From NCBI GenBank assembly GCA_965218095.1, contig OZ244587.1, positions 6,144,001-6,208,000 of the forward strand: 64,000 bases of DNA, in the 5' to 3' direction. Source of the stretch: Candidatus Poribacteria bacterium. GTDB lineage: Bacteria > Poribacteria > WGA-4E > PCPOR2b. Positions 1-10,431 of the stretch are shown here, one piece after another. Made by a program: the position numbers and the translations under genes. Numbering within the stretch: the stretch's first letter is position 1; every line of letters starts with the position of its first letter. Below the pieces are notes generated by a model that ran no database searches, was not told the DNA's origin, and saw only the letters and a list, made by a program, of their open reading frames with translations.

Positions 1-2
1 TC

Positions 3-1289
3 TCACCGGATGAGCGACGGAGGCATATTAAACGATATTTCCAGGAACCGGATCACTTTGAAGAAACGGAAGTCTCATTTTTCGCAGACCCTGAGAAGGT
101 GTTTGAAGAAATCGCGGAGGTTCGCCGACCCCAACGCAAGATGCTCTACCGGTTCACGGTGCCTGTGCATGACCCCGAACAAAAGGTCATCGGTCGCATC
201 ATCGTCTTTCGGGACATCTCCAAAGAAATCGAAATTAGCCAGATGAAAGCCGAAGTCTCCCGATTGCGTGCTGAACTCGAAATCAAATGTTCCTTTGATA
301 AGATTATCGGAAAGAGTCAAAAGATGCAAGCGGTGTACGCCCTGATGCAACAGGTGATTGAAAGCAACATTACCGTCCTCATTCAGGGAACGAGCGGTAC
401 TGGCAAAGAGCTCGTCGCAAAAGCAATCCACTTTAACAGCCCGCAAAAAACAGGCCCATTTGTCGCCGTCAACTGCGCTGCCATTCCTGAGACGCTCATT
501 GAAAGCGAGCTTTTTGGACACGAGCGCGGCGCCTTTACCGGTGCGACGATGCAAAGAATCGGAAAATTCGAGAGTGCAAACGGCGGGACGATCTTCCTCG
601 ATGAAATCGCCGACATGCAGCCGCTGCTTCAAGCCAAGTTGCTGCGCGTGCTCCAGGAAAGAGAAATTCAGCGTGTCGGTGGAACGGCGAACATTCCCAT
701 CGACGTCCGGGTCATTGCGGCAACGAATAAGGACCTGGAGGCTGCCGTGAAAGTTGGTGAGTTCCGCGAAGATCTTTTTTATCGCATTGCCGCCTTTCCC
801 ATCCCGATTCCACCGCTCAAAGAACGCCGCGAAGACATACCCTTGTTGGCGGAACATTTTTTGAAACAACATACCGAAGACGCTGACAAATCGATTTCAG
901 GAATTTCCACCGGGGTGGTACAATTGTTGATGAGCTATGACTGGCCCGGCAATGTCCGGGAGTTAGAGAATACGGTTGAGCGTGCCATTTTGTTGGAGAC
1001 ATCAGATGTGTTACAAAGTGGTAATCCCGCTTTCAGTGGACTGCATTCGGCTCACAAGCAACTATTCCATCTCCCTGCCTTCCAAAGCACAGGCGCCCCA
1101 CCCATCGTCCCAACTGCAACCGAAATCCTTCCCCTTGAAGAAGTTGAAAAACAGGCGCTTATCCACGCGCTCGAAGTGACTGACAACAATATCACAAAGG
1201 CTGCTGAAGCTTTGGGTATTAATCGCGTCACCATTCATAGAAAATTGAAAAAATATCATCTGCTTGAAAGAAAAATATCATCTGCTTGA
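3..1289 (+). CDS. Sigma-54-dependent transcriptional activator (PAS-like C-terminal part + AAA+ + Fis HTH), 5'-partial
   Basis: Frame open from base 3; GTSGTGKE Walker [16 protein letters not shown] loop, FLDEI Walker [10 protein letters not shown]-terminal [23 protein letters not shown]. Confidence 0.95.
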   Translation, partial: SPDERRRHIKRYFQEPDHFEETEVSFFADPEKVFEEIAEVRRPQRKMLYRFTVPVHDPEQKVIGRIIVFRDISKEIEISQMKAEVSRLRAELEIKCSFDKIIGKSQKMQAVYALMQQVIESNITVLIQGTSGTGKELVAKAIHFNSPQKTGPFVAVNCAAIPETLIESELFGHERGAFTGATMQRIGKFESANGGTIFLDEIADMQPLLQAKLLRVLQEREIQRVGGTANIPIDVRVIAATNKDLEAAVKVGEFREDLFYRIAAFPIPIPPLKERREDIPLLAEHFLKQHTEDADKSISGISTGVVQLLMSYDWPGNVRELENTVERAILLETSDVLQSGNPAFSGLHSAHKQLFHLPAFQSTGAPPIVPTATEILPLEEVEKQALIHALEVTDNNITKAAEALGINRVTIHRKLKKYHLLERKISSA

Positions 1290-1292
1290 AAG
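1249..1292. repeat. Perfect 22-bp tandem duplication at the 3' end of the activator
   Basis: aaaaatatcatctgcttgaaag x2. Confidence 0.95.
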
Positions 1293-1295
1293 AAA

Positions 1296-1358
1296 GTAGA
1301 GCCCCGATAGTCGGGATTTCACTTCGTTCAACCTGTCCGATTCTCGGACATGCTCTAC
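1296..1358. repeat. GTAG...CTAC palindrome (REP-like) carrying a nested 30-bp mini-element (1302-1331, minus orientation)
   Basis: Removing 1302-1331 restores GTAGAGC-c-TGTCCGA-ttc-TCGGACA-t-GCTCTAC. Confidence 0.75.
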
Positions 1359-1601
1359 TATTCCTCAGATTCGCTTATCGCCAAAGTCATTCCTGCCTAC
1401 TCCTGATTACCCCTTATTAACTTTTGGTGCTAGTTTTGAAATACCGAGCCAAGCATGACGGACATAAAGCCCTAAACTACGACCCATCCCATCGTAGCGT
1501 AGCCCCTCCACTGCGCGAGAGTCCCAGACTTGTGGGCGTTGAGTTTGGTACGAACCTAGCACCATTCATTAGTTATTATCTCTCCTGCCCTCAGTTCGTC
1601 C

Positions 1602-1739
1602 TGTTGCAAGATGTATCACGTTGCAAAATGTAACAATCCTTCCCTATTGTCCCCATATCCTGCGTAGAAACGTTTCATTACACGCTTCTCTTTCGGATAA
1701 CTCTTCCACCGCTTCCCCTAACTGTTGTATTCTGCTACA
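1602..1739. promoter_or_regulatory. Three 17-bp imperfect palindromes, candidate enhancer (UAS) sites for a sigma-54 activator
   Basis: tgttgcaagatgtatca (1602-1618), cgttgcaaaatgtaaca (1619-1635), tgttgtattctgctaca (1723-1739); consensus TGTTGCA-N3-TGyAACA, about 100-240 bp upstream of a -24/-12 box. Confidence 0.65.
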
Positions 1740-1837
1740 ATCCAATTCGTCAGTTCTTATCACCGCTATAAGGATGATCCTGTCTAAAGATCAATCATAG
1801 CAAGGGTTTATTCCGTTTATTGATCTAGATCCTGAAG

Positions 1838-1854
1838 TTGGCACAGTTCATGCG
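1838..1854 (+). promoter_or_regulatory. Sigma-54 (-24/-12) promoter
   Basis: TTGGCACAGTTCATGCG: TGGCAC with GG-N10-GC spacing, 100 bp upstream of the ATG at 1955, next to a sigma-54 activator gene. Confidence 0.8.
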
Positions 1855-1954
1855 CAATAGCAGCGTCGAATCGAAGCGATATGGTAAAAGCCATATTTCA
1901 CCCCAACATCCTACCCCATGATTCCATTATTGAAAAAGCTAGGAGAAGGTAACA

Positions 1955-3061
1955 ATGAATCAAGCAACTGAATCGCTAATAGCCTCGCAGCCGATTAACT
2001 ACATCCATACCGTCCATGAAGCGTTGAAACACTGCGAGGAAGAAGTTTCATACGCATATCTGATGGGCGTCTCCGGTGAAGCCTTTCGCTTCTTTTACAA
2101 CCGCTCTGACCCCGAAGCGGGAATGAACACCTTTTTCCACAACCCCCTGCGCGCAACCTGCCGGACACTCGGCCTCAAATTTGAAGTCTTGTACGATGAG
2201 ACGTACGAAGCCGCGTCGGAGCGGCTCCGGGAGAATATACGCGACGGAAAACCCACGTTACTGCCGTTTGAGGACTCTTGCCCATTCCTCATGGAGGATA
2301 ATCACCCCGAAACCTTCATCTGCCAAAACGGCTATCGGTATCAGATCAAAGTCGCCGATCTCCGCACGAAGTGGGAACCAAATGGAGGCTTCCTTGAGCT
2401 CGGTCCACATGGCTACTACCAATTCGTGATTGGTGAACGGGAGCGTGAACCCAAAGAACGCGATGCGGCACTAGGGACATTACGAGGCGCGAGGAAACTG
2501 ATGCAGACACGTCGCAAAATTCGTGATTGTGCGATTGGGCTCGCAGCTTATGACGAACTTATCGCACACTTGAGCGGCATGCTGAATCGAAAGAAGAAGC
2601 TGACCGAACGCGACGTCTATAAAATTGCGAAATGGAATGGGCGGCCGCTTACGCAATGTATCGAAGCCCGGGGGGCGGCGGTGGAATATCTACAGATGGT
2701 CCAAGAACACTTTGAAGATGAGGAACTGGAGCATCTGGACAAAGCCATCGTCGCCTACCAGGAGGTTGTCGCCTTGCTAAAAGGCGTTCAGATGGTTTTA
2801 CCCTCACCTGAAGTGTTGCAACCCAATCTCGATACGCCGACAAATACAAAACCGAAGTCCCAACTTGGCTTGGGATTCTCTCAGATTCGTTCGTGGATAA
2901 CCCCTAACCAGGGGGCGAAGAGCCAGCAAGAAGTGGTAAGAAAGTTCAAACCGAAATGCCGTGCAGCGATTAAGTTGCTCCAAAAGACCGCCGGTGTGGA
3001 GTGGAGCGCAATCAGTGAGATTCAAGAGGTTCTTCAACTCAGCGAGAAGATGAAAATGTAA
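1955..3061 (+). CDS. Hypothetical protein, possibly BtrH-N/papain-like fold
   Basis: 368-aa ORF with RBS (aggagaagg); motifs SYAYLMGVSGEAFRF and GLAAYD resemble an uncharacterised family; fold assignment tentative. Confidence 0.7.
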   Translation: MNQATESLIASQPINYIHTVHEALKHCEEEVSYAYLMGVSGEAFRFFYNRSDPEAGMNTFFHNPLRATCRTLGLKFEVLYDETYEAASERLRENIRDGKPTLLPFEDSCPFLMEDNHPETFICQNGYRYQIKVADLRTKWEPNGGFLELGPHGYYQFVIGEREREPKERDAALGTLRGARKLMQTRRKIRDCAIGLAAYDELIAHLSGMLNRKKKLTERDVYKIAKWNGRPLTQCIEARGAAVEYLQMVQEHFEDEELEHLDKAIVAYQEVVALLKGVQMVLPSPEVLQPNLDTPTNTKPKSQLGLGFSQIRSWITPNQGAKSQQEVVRKFKPKCRAAIKLLQKTAGVEWSAISEIQEVLQLSEKMKM

Positions 3062-3142
3062 TTCTCCTTCGCATTTGTAGCCACGACTTGAGTTGTTTAG
3101 CGAATGAATCCGAAATCCGAGAGCGATTAACGGGGGTAAATC

Positions 3143-5170
3143 ATGAAACAGTTTTTCAGACTCTTCAAATACGCAAAGCCTTATCTGCCCAAACTGATCC
3201 TCGGTTTTTTCTTGGTCGTGCTTGTCGGGCAGTCGCCGCTATTTATGCCCCTTGTTCAGAAGTTCGTCATTGATGATGTGATAACCCCTGCGAACAAACC
3301 GATCGCAAGTGTCGATTTGGCGTTTCAGGTTGATTTAGACCGTCACATGAAAATTCCTAACGCGCTGAGACAACAGCTTGACGCACAAGCGATTTCACTC
3401 TCCTCAAGCACCGTCGTCTCGATTGAAAAGAGGGGACAAAAATGGAGGCTCACCGACACAGAAACGGGTCAGAAATACCGCATCAGTCAGCACGAAGGTG
3501 AACTCAAAATTTATGTCGCAACGATTACGCACTCCCTGTTGGGGCGCGAATTTAAGTACACGCCGGTCGGCTGGCTGATAGTTATCCTGTTTACGATTAT
3601 CATCTACTACGCGATCTTCGGCCTACTCTCATACATCTGTACTTACGTGATGACATGGGTCAGCCAGCGCATCCTGTTCGATTTGAGAAATCAGGTATTT
3701 TCCCATCTCCAAACGCTGTCCATGCGTTTCTACGATGTTCAGGGGACAGGACAAATCCTCTCACGGGTGAGAGAGGATGTCGCCTCCCTCCGCACCCTCA
3801 CTACCGACACATCAATCAGTATCATCACTGACGCAGTGACGTTCCTTGCGATGCTCATCTTCATGTTGCACTGGAATTTGAAGTTGACCCTCTTCTCTCT
3901 GATGGTGTTTCCGCTGATCGTCGGGAACTATTTTTTCTTTATCAAACGGCTGCGTCCACTATGGCATCAATTGCGGCACAAATGGGCGGACATTTCAACG
4001 GGGATGTACGAAGCGGTTGCGGGGGCCAAGGTCGTCAAGGCTTTTCACCGGGAACGTTATCATGAGCGGCAACTGTTCCATAATATGCGCGAGACCTTCG
4101 ATTGGCGAATCAAAATTACTGCAAATCAAACAGCAATGAGCCGCATATCGCTTTTCTTCCGGGCGATCGGCAGAGCCGCTGTCCTCTGTTTCGGAGGTTA
4201 TCTGGTGGTTCAGGGCGAATTCACCCTCGGGGCAATGATTGCTTTCTACCTGTTTATGGAGCGCCTTCAGAAGCCAATCATGAACTTGATTAACATCAAC
4301 ACAACCATTCAAGAGGCGATGGTATCCGCGGAGCGCGTTTTCGGTTTGCTCGATTCAGAACCCACCGTCGAAGAGTCGCCTGATGCGATAGACCTCCCCA
4401 GAATTCGTGGACACGTCAAGTTTGAGGACGTCTCCTTCAGTTACGAGCCTGAAAATCTGGTACTGCACAACATCACCCTCGAAGCAAAGCCGGGAATGAT
4501 GGTGGCGTTGGTTGGACCGTCGGGGTGCGGTAAGAGTACCGTTGCGAACCTGATCTCCAGATTCTATGATCCGACGGATGGAACAATTTCCGTCGATGAG
4601 CATGATCTCCGCGACGTTTCGCTCAAGTCGCTGCGAAGCCAGATGGGGATTGTGCTTCAGGATAACTTCCTGTTCGCCGGGTCAATTGCAGAAAACATCC
4701 AATTCGGTAAGCTCGGCGCCACGGATGAGGAAGTGGTGGGTGCTGCTCTCGCCGCCAACGCGCATGAGTTCATCGTTGATCAACTGCCAGAAGGCTATGA
4801 GACAGAGGTCGGTGAGCGAGGCATGCGGCTCTCTGGCGGGCAGAAGCAGCGCATCGCCATTGCGCGCACCATTTTGCGAGACCCACGTATCCTGATTTTG
4901 GACGAAGCGACCTCCGCTTTGGATACAGAATCTGAAGCGCAGATTCAGCAGGCGCTGGATCGGCTGATGAAGAGACGAACCTCGTTTGTCATCGCTCATC
5001 GTCTCTCAACCATTTTGAGCGCCGACATGATTGTCGCCATGAAAGACGGTAAGATTGTTGAGGTTGGCACGCATGAGCAATTGTTGGATGCCGGTGGGAT
5101 GTATGCGGATATGTATGAGAAGCAGTTCAAAACGACAGAGACTCTTGAAGATTCTTCTTGGTCGGAATAG
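3143..5170 (+). CDS. ABC exporter, fused permease + ATPase (MsbA/MdlB-like)
   Basis: TM helices, GPSGCGKST, LSGGQKQR, ILDEATSALD, IAHRLS; ~80-aa soluble insertion after TM1. Confidence 0.95.
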   Translation: MKQFFRLFKYAKPYLPKLILGFFLVVLVGQSPLFMPLVQKFVIDDVITPANKPIASVDLAFQVDLDRHMKIPNALRQQLDAQAISLSSSTVVSIEKRGQKWRLTDTETGQKYRISQHEGELKIYVATITHSLLGREFKYTPVGWLIVILFTIIIYYAIFGLLSYICTYVMTWVSQRILFDLRNQVFSHLQTLSMRFYDVQGTGQILSRVREDVASLRTLTTDTSISIITDAVTFLAMLIFMLHWNLKLTLFSLMVFPLIVGNYFFFIKRLRPLWHQLRHKWADISTGMYEAVAGAKVVKAFHRERYHERQLFHNMRETFDWRIKITANQTAMSRISLFFRAIGRAAVLCFGGYLVVQGEFTLGAMIAFYLFMERLQKPIMNLININTTIQEAMVSAERVFGLLDSEPTVEESPDAIDLPRIRGHVKFEDVSFSYEPENLVLHNITLEAKPGMMVALVGPSGCGKSTVANLISRFYDPTDGTISVDEHDLRDVSLKSLRSQMGIVLQDNFLFAGSIAENIQFGKLGATDEEVVGAALAANAHEFIVDQLPEGYETEVGERGMRLSGGQKQRIAIARTILRDPRILILDEATSALDTESEAQIQQALDRLMKRRTSFVIAHRLSTILSADMIVAMKDGKIVEVGTHEQLLDAGGMYADMYEKQFKTTETLEDSSWSE

Positions 5171-5184
5171 ATGAAGGAAAGACA

Positions 5185-7251
5185 ATGATACGAGCAAATG
5201 TTCAACGACAACGATGGATAGGCTTGGGGTTCTCCATCATAATGGTGTGCATATCCACGCCGCTGTTCGCCAACAGTCGAAATGACGGTCGCATAATCAG
5301 AGCCAAATGGTTGGACGAACCGCCCGTTATTGACGGCGCGCTCTCGGAAGGCATTTGGCAGAACGCGGAGATCGCTGACAATTTTTTCCGTGCGGGAAGC
5401 TCTCGCGGTGTCCCCGCAAAATTGAATACTAAAGCGATGGTATTGTATGATGCAAACACACTCTATGTTGGGGTGCATTGTGATGAACCGAATATGAAAG
5501 CCCTACGTGAGACGCAAACCCGTCGTGATGCGCCTGTGTGGCAGGATGATACCGTTCAGGTGCTGCTCGATACCTATAACGATCAGCGCAGTTGCTATGT
5601 TTTCGCAGTTAATACATTGGGAACACAGATGGATCAGAAAATCAGCGACGAGAGCAACTTCGATCAGCGGTGGGACGCAAAATGGGAGGCAAAGGTCAAG
5701 AAAAATGGCAACCACTGGACAGCGGAAATGGCCATCCCCTTTAGCGAACTCCGTTTTGATCCGCGAGTGACCACGTGGGGCATCAACTTTCGGAGACCCC
5801 ACCCGATGGATGGCGAGCACTATTCGTGGTCAGACACAGGGGATAATCTTGGTCGCATCTCAGAATTTGGCAAGTTAGCGGATCTGGATTTCAGCAAAGT
5901 GAATACGGATCGCAAAATCGGTGTTCTCCCCTACGTCACGCAGCGCGCTGTGGAAAACCAACCACATGATACGAATACCGGTGTGGATCTCATTATCCCG
6001 GTTTCAACGAATATCACCACGAACCTGACTTTCAATCCTGACTTTTCACAACTGGAGAGTGATTCAACTCGAATTAGCATATCGAGCAATCGGGAGTTGT
6101 TTCTCCCTGAGCGGCGTCCATTTTTCCGCGAGGGAGCAGAGTTGTTTGAACTTCCGCTCGACTTGCTCTACACACGCCGGGTTCAAGAGATTGATTACGG
6201 CGTGAAATCAACGGGCAAAGTTGGGGGTTACAATTTTGCTGTGATCGATACTTACGGCACGATGATTGATCGTTACGACGACGATCAGAAGAAGCAAGCA
6301 AACCTCTTTGCGGGGCGAGTGAGCCGGAATATTGGTGAGCGATCGATGATTGGGGCGATGGGGGTTCAAAAGCATCAAGAAGATCGAGATGTGATACTAC
6401 TCTCACTTGATGGCAGATTTTCCCCTCATCGTGACTGGATGGCTAGATCGCAATTTGTGACGGACTCGATCAATGGCGAGGTGCACTGGGCATACCACAC
6501 GTCGATGAACTGGCAGAATGAAAGCGGTTGGGGGGCGGGCATCCGCCTCGAAGAGATCCAAGATGGCTTTCGTCCGAATGAAACCGGACTCGAAGATGAG
6601 GCGTTTCGCAAGATCGTTAGCCGCTTGCAGTACAGGCATCAGTTCGCCGAAGGAAATTCAATCCAGGGATTTTACGTCAAAGGCTACCACCTCTATCAAA
6701 CCAATAGGCAAAAGCTGTTACGCGACCGTCGTGTCGGTTTGTCTGGAGGGGTTAATATTGGAAAATTTGACCTGTACACCTTCAGTGGGATTGGGGTACG
6801 ACGTGAAAGCGGGAAGCTCTTTAATCGGAAGTATGTCGGTTCACGGATGGGCTATCGCCCCAAATGGGGAAATCTACGGCTCTACAACCGATTTGGGCCG
6901 CGTCAGGAGAAATTCAGTCGGTTCACCAGCTTGTCCGCTGATGTCAACCTCTTCAGCAAACTCACGCTTAATTTGAACATCAATAATTTCTTCTGGCATG
7001 AACATCGAAATACGCTCATCTTCCGTATCCGCAGCAATTACCAATTTACGCGGCAAATCGGTTGGCAGATATATGTGGAAAGAATAGATGAACGTCTTGA
7101 AAACGAGGTCACATACAATTTCAACTCAGTCTTTGATTACCGGTTTACGCCTGAAAGTCATCTCTTCTTTGTCTTCGCCGATAGCATCAATGGGGAGCGT
7201 GCGGTGTTGACCAAAATGTCGTATCTGTTTGAATCGGATCTTCTGTTTTAA
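5185..7251 (+). CDS. Secreted/outer-membrane protein, CBM9-like + DUF5916-like beta-barrel
   Basis: Signal peptide, PPVIDGALSE and RRDAPVWQDD CBM9-like motifs, NPDFSQLESD and ERRPFFREG motifs, beta-rich C-terminus. Confidence 0.8.
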   Translation: MIRANVQRQRWIGLGFSIIMVCISTPLFANSRNDGRIIRAKWLDEPPVIDGALSEGIWQNAEIADNFFRAGSSRGVPAKLNTKAMVLYDANTLYVGVHCDEPNMKALRETQTRRDAPVWQDDTVQVLLDTYNDQRSCYVFAVNTLGTQMDQKISDESNFDQRWDAKWEAKVKKNGNHWTAEMAIPFSELRFDPRVTTWGINFRRPHPMDGEHYSWSDTGDNLGRISEFGKLADLDFSKVNTDRKIGVLPYVTQRAVENQPHDTNTGVDLIIPVSTNITTNLTFNPDFSQLESDSTRISISSNRELFLPERRPFFREGAELFELPLDLLYTRRVQEIDYGVKSTGKVGGYNFAVIDTYGTMIDRYDDDQKKQANLFAGRVSRNIGERSMIGAMGVQKHQEDRDVILLSLDGRFSPHRDWMARSQFVTDSINGEVHWAYHTSMNWQNESGWGAGIRLEEIQDGFRPNETGLEDEAFRKIVSRLQYRHQFAEGNSIQGFYVKGYHLYQTNRQKLLRDRRVGLSGGVNIGKFDLYTFSGIGVRRESGKLFNRKYVGSRMGYRPKWGNLRLYNRFGPRQEKFSRFTSLSADVNLFSKLTLNLNINNFFWHEHRNTLIFRIRSNYQFTRQIGWQIYVERIDERLENEVTYNFNSVFDYRFTPESHLFFVFADSINGERAVLTKMSYLFESDLLF

Positions 7252-7380
7252 TACCGGGTATGTTTAGAGCTTATCCCAAAACTCTAATGAATGTACAGTA
7301 AACATCCAACGGAGCCCGTTGTTCTGTGAAAGATAATCTTGCAATTTGCACATTTTCAAAATCCGTCCGTATAGCTTGCC

Positions 7381-7702
7381 CTAATTCTTCAAAATAGGTT
7401 CGAGTTGTTTCGGCTATCGATCAAATTCCTGTTGTTGAGATGTCTACTCTAGCAGATCGGCTTCCCACATGGGATGGATCTGATTCAAGTGACGTAGGAA
7501 GGCTTGATCATCAATAACTTTGGTATGAAACGCATCATAGGGCATGCCATATTGGATTTGAACGCTTTAGGGGCTCGATACACTCTAAAATCTTATCAAT
7601 GAGGTATTTTTTCAACGCGAGATGCATGATTTCATCCAGATTGCCGAATGAAGTCACGGATTCTAGGATCCAATCCTCCAGTTGAAGTTCGACAGTTCGC
7701 AA
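7381..7702 (-). pseudogene. Decayed small ORF (antitoxin-like hypothetical)
   Basis: RBS aaaggagg; LRTVELQLEDW..., frameshift near 7570, then QYGMPYDAF...HPMWEADLLE*...DR* with two in-frame TAGs. Confidence 0.5.
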
Positions 7703-7782
7703 TGCAACGACCTCCTTTCACAAACTTGAAGTATAGTTGGTGAAATGTGAAACGAATCCTTCCTTATCTTCCTACCTATCCT

Positions 7783-9876
7783 TCAAATCCGATTCGCGAA
7801 AAACACTTCCGTGACCGCCAACAGAAACAGCCCAAGCATCACATACCACCATATCCCCTGATTCTTCTCTACCTTTTCGTGATACTGCGTAATCTGCTCC
7901 GGCGTGACGACGTTTGAAGCGACAGCTTCGGCGTCGCCGGTCAACATGCTTGTCAACTCCTCCGGATCGCGGGCAGTGAGATCGGATTCGATTGTGTCTG
8001 GATTGACGGCAAAATAGCGCGGTTGTGTTCCGGAGACGTGCGCCGAATAGACTCCCGGATAGTCGGTGGCATCGTAGAAAACGCTGCCACTTTCGTTGAT
8101 TTTTGTCCGGGTCTCCTCACCGATTGTATTGAAAATTGCGACTTCTGTTCCCGCTGGCAACTCATAGCCGCTTAACTCGACCAGTCCACTGATGCGGTAG
8201 TCAGTCCGCTCATCCGTCCGCTTGAGTGCAAGGTATTTAATCGCTTCGTGCAGGAATGGCAGATAGACACCGTGAATCGGTAGGTCTGTCCACTCGCGGT
8301 CGATTGTCGAGGTGAAGCACAGGACGCGCCCGCTTCCGTAAATCTTCTCAAACAGCGCAGGGCTTCCATCATCAAAACTCGCCAACACAGCCGAATTTGC
8401 CAACGGCACAGCCTGAAGATATCGATAGAATCTGCCTTTTCCGAAATCACCATGATTCGGATCTTTGAACGGACGAAAAATCGGGTGGTTGTAGTTGAGG
8501 GTTGCGATTACACGAAACTCTTCGTGGTCTAGCGCATCGCCGACAGGCTGCACAAAGTTGCACGGCATCAATGGTTCTTCTCCTGAAGCAAGTGCCCCCC
8601 GATACGCCTCCAGATCGAGGCGATCGCCGGCGGTGACAATCAAGCCGCCGCCCACGCCGACAAACGCCCGCAAGGTTTCGGCTTCGGCGCCGCTCAGGTG
8701 TTTCACGTTTGCTAGAATCAGGACATCATATTTTTTCAGGACTGTCGAACTTGGCAGGCGAAGGGATTCCGTAAAATCTATCGGGATAATCTGTTGGGCA
8801 GGTTCAAGCGCCATCTGCAAAAAGAAGGTTTCATTTTCATAATCACGCTTCCCCGGTTCGCCGTTGACGCAATGCACCTTAATCGATTTCAGGCTTTGCA
8901 GGAAGAAATACCGTGTGTCGTCAATCTCCAAATCATCGTCAGGCAGCGCGGCGTAGCCGGTATGAATCTTCTCTGTTCTGAACCACACCTGAAACAGGGC
9001 ATCCATCACGTCATTTGGCTCAATATCGATCTGAGTTGTGCCGACGAGGTTATTATCGACAAACAGTTGTACCGGTAGCTCTTCGACTGCTTGAGCCCCG
9101 AAGTTCTGTACGCGGACAATCACCTGTGCCGGCTTCTGCTCATTCAGCACCACTTGCGGCACGCTCATGCCGGTAATTGCGAGATTGCCTGGTTCTTTCG
9201 CGCTCACATCGACAAAGGCAATTTCAACGTCGGGGGGCAGTTTATCGGTGTCAACGAAGTTCTCCCACCCGATTCTCTGCAAATCGCTAACGAAGTAGAT
9301 CTGCTTCTGCCCGATATTCGCACCCTGAAGGATTTCATCCGCTGATTGGATTGCGTCGAGGTAATCGGTGGTGCGATTGGTCAGCTTTGCACTCATCACC
9401 CCGGATCTGATCAGCTCGTGTTCTGAACCGAGTGGTTTAACGACCTCTGCTTTGTGGGCGGTGAAAATCAGCGCAGAAGTGTCACCTTGATAGAGTTCAT
9501 TAGCGAGCTTCATCGCCTCCTTTTTCGCTCGATCAAAGGTATCGCGGTAGCCCATGCTGTAAGAGGTATCCAGGATTATTACGACATTTCGCCTGCCTCC
9601 CATTTCCCCCGTTGCGGCGGGCGTCGCTGCGAAAAATGGACGTGCAAACGCGATTCCGAGCAGCGCCAAGATCAGGATCCGCATCAACAGCAGGATCAGT
9701 TGTTTCAACCGATGCCGCTGAACATTGACCTGATGGGACATCCTGATGAATCGGATCGTGCTGAAAACGAGTCGTCTCGCCCGTTCCCGGTTGAGGAGGT
9801 GGATAATCAGGGGCAGCGACGCAGCCGCCGCGCCGGCAACGAGGAATAGGGAGGTTAGGAATTGGAGTCCAAACAT
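7783..9876 (-). CDS. BatA domain + vWA + GATase1-like membrane protein
   Basis: N-terminal LPLIIHLLNR...LLLMRILILALLGIAFARP, vWA DTSYSM, C-terminal ESDL motif and TM helix. Confidence 0.9.
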   Translation of the reverse strand: MFGLQFLTSLFLVAGAAAASLPLIIHLLNRERARRLVFSTIRFIRMSHQVNVQRHRLKQLILLLMRILILALLGIAFARPFFAATPAATGEMGGRRNVVIILDTSYSMGYRDTFDRAKKEAMKLANELYQGDTSALIFTAHKAEVVKPLGSEHELIRSGVMSAKLTNRTTDYLDAIQSADEILQGANIGQKQIYFVSDLQRIGWENFVDTDKLPPDVEIAFVDVSAKEPGNLAITGMSVPQVVLNEQKPAQVIVRVQNFGAQAVEELPVQLFVDNNLVGTTQIDIEPNDVMDALFQVWFRTEKIHTGYAALPDDDLEIDDTRYFFLQSLKSIKVHCVNGEPGKRDYENETFFLQMALEPAQQIIPIDFTESLRLPSSTVLKKYDVLILANVKHLSGAEAETLRAFVGVGGGLIVTAGDRLDLEAYRGALASGEEPLMPCNFVQPVGDALDHEEFRVIATLNYNHPIFRPFKDPNHGDFGKGRFYRYLQAVPLANSAVLASFDDGSPALFEKIYGSGRVLCFTSTIDREWTDLPIHGVYLPFLHEAIKYLALKRTDERTDYRISGLVELSGYELPAGTEVAIFNTIGEETRTKINESGSVFYDATDYPGVYSAHVSGTQPRYFAVNPDTIESDLTARDPEELTSMLTGDAEAVASNVVTPEQITQYHEKVEKNQGIWWYVMLGLFLLAVTEVFFANRI

Positions 9877-10032
9877 AAGGTTGATCCTTGTCTTTGGGAT
9901 ATGGCTTTCTTATGTAATGGTTAGGGAGATAGTAGATACTGACGGCTTCGGCGTGAGCTCAGACCTCGGCGAGCTCGGTCGGCCGTCGAAGGCTGTCGTA
10001 AACGAAGATGCAACCATTGTCGTCTATGAGCC

Positions 10033-10287
10033 CTATTGGGGACATGCCTTGAGAAGCACGCCCCTTGCTCTCTGGCGTGTTTCAACATCATTTGCATACA
10101 GATCTGGTTGAATCAGATGGACGCCCAATGCGTTCCCAAGGCGGGCGAGTTGATACGCGGCTGCCCGCTGGATAGTGGGATTCGGGTGTTCCAGCGCCCC
10201 CTCCACGTCCGCCATAGTTACCCCTTTTGCACCGGCAACAGCCCAATTTGACATTATCTGCGGGTCACTAATTTTAGCGAAAACCAT
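10033..10287 (-). pseudogene. HEAT-repeat protein fragment
   Basis: ALEHPNPTIQRAAAYQLARLG and DVETRQRARGVL HEAT-like repeats; short. Confidence 0.45.
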
Positions 10288-10431
10288 GGATCAATCAAAC
10301 CCTGCTGCGAATCTGGAATCTGATTGTGCTCCGATTGTCGCTCGTAATGTCACATAGTGACGGAGGAAATGGCAAGGTGATTACCCCATTTCTTGGATGC
10401 ACTTATTTTTGACATGAGCCAAATTCTTTCA

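Noticed and set aside
75-872. Long antisense ORFs (also 22684-23466 and 38938-39909)
   Set aside because: Shadows of well-supported genes on the opposite strand; no recognisable motifs.
1023-1055. Possible hairpin insert (aatcccgctttcagtgga) in the activator linker, and gttgaacgaaataaa at the DUF58 start
   Set aside because: Only partial resemblance to the mini-element; boundaries cannot be defined without orthologs.
1545-1561. Second sigma-54 promoter
   Set aside because: Lies upstream of the candidate enhancer sites and coincides with an inverted-repeat end; weaker match.
7263-7286. IS-end-like ttagagcttatcccaaaactctaa
   Set aside because: No partner end or transposase in the window.
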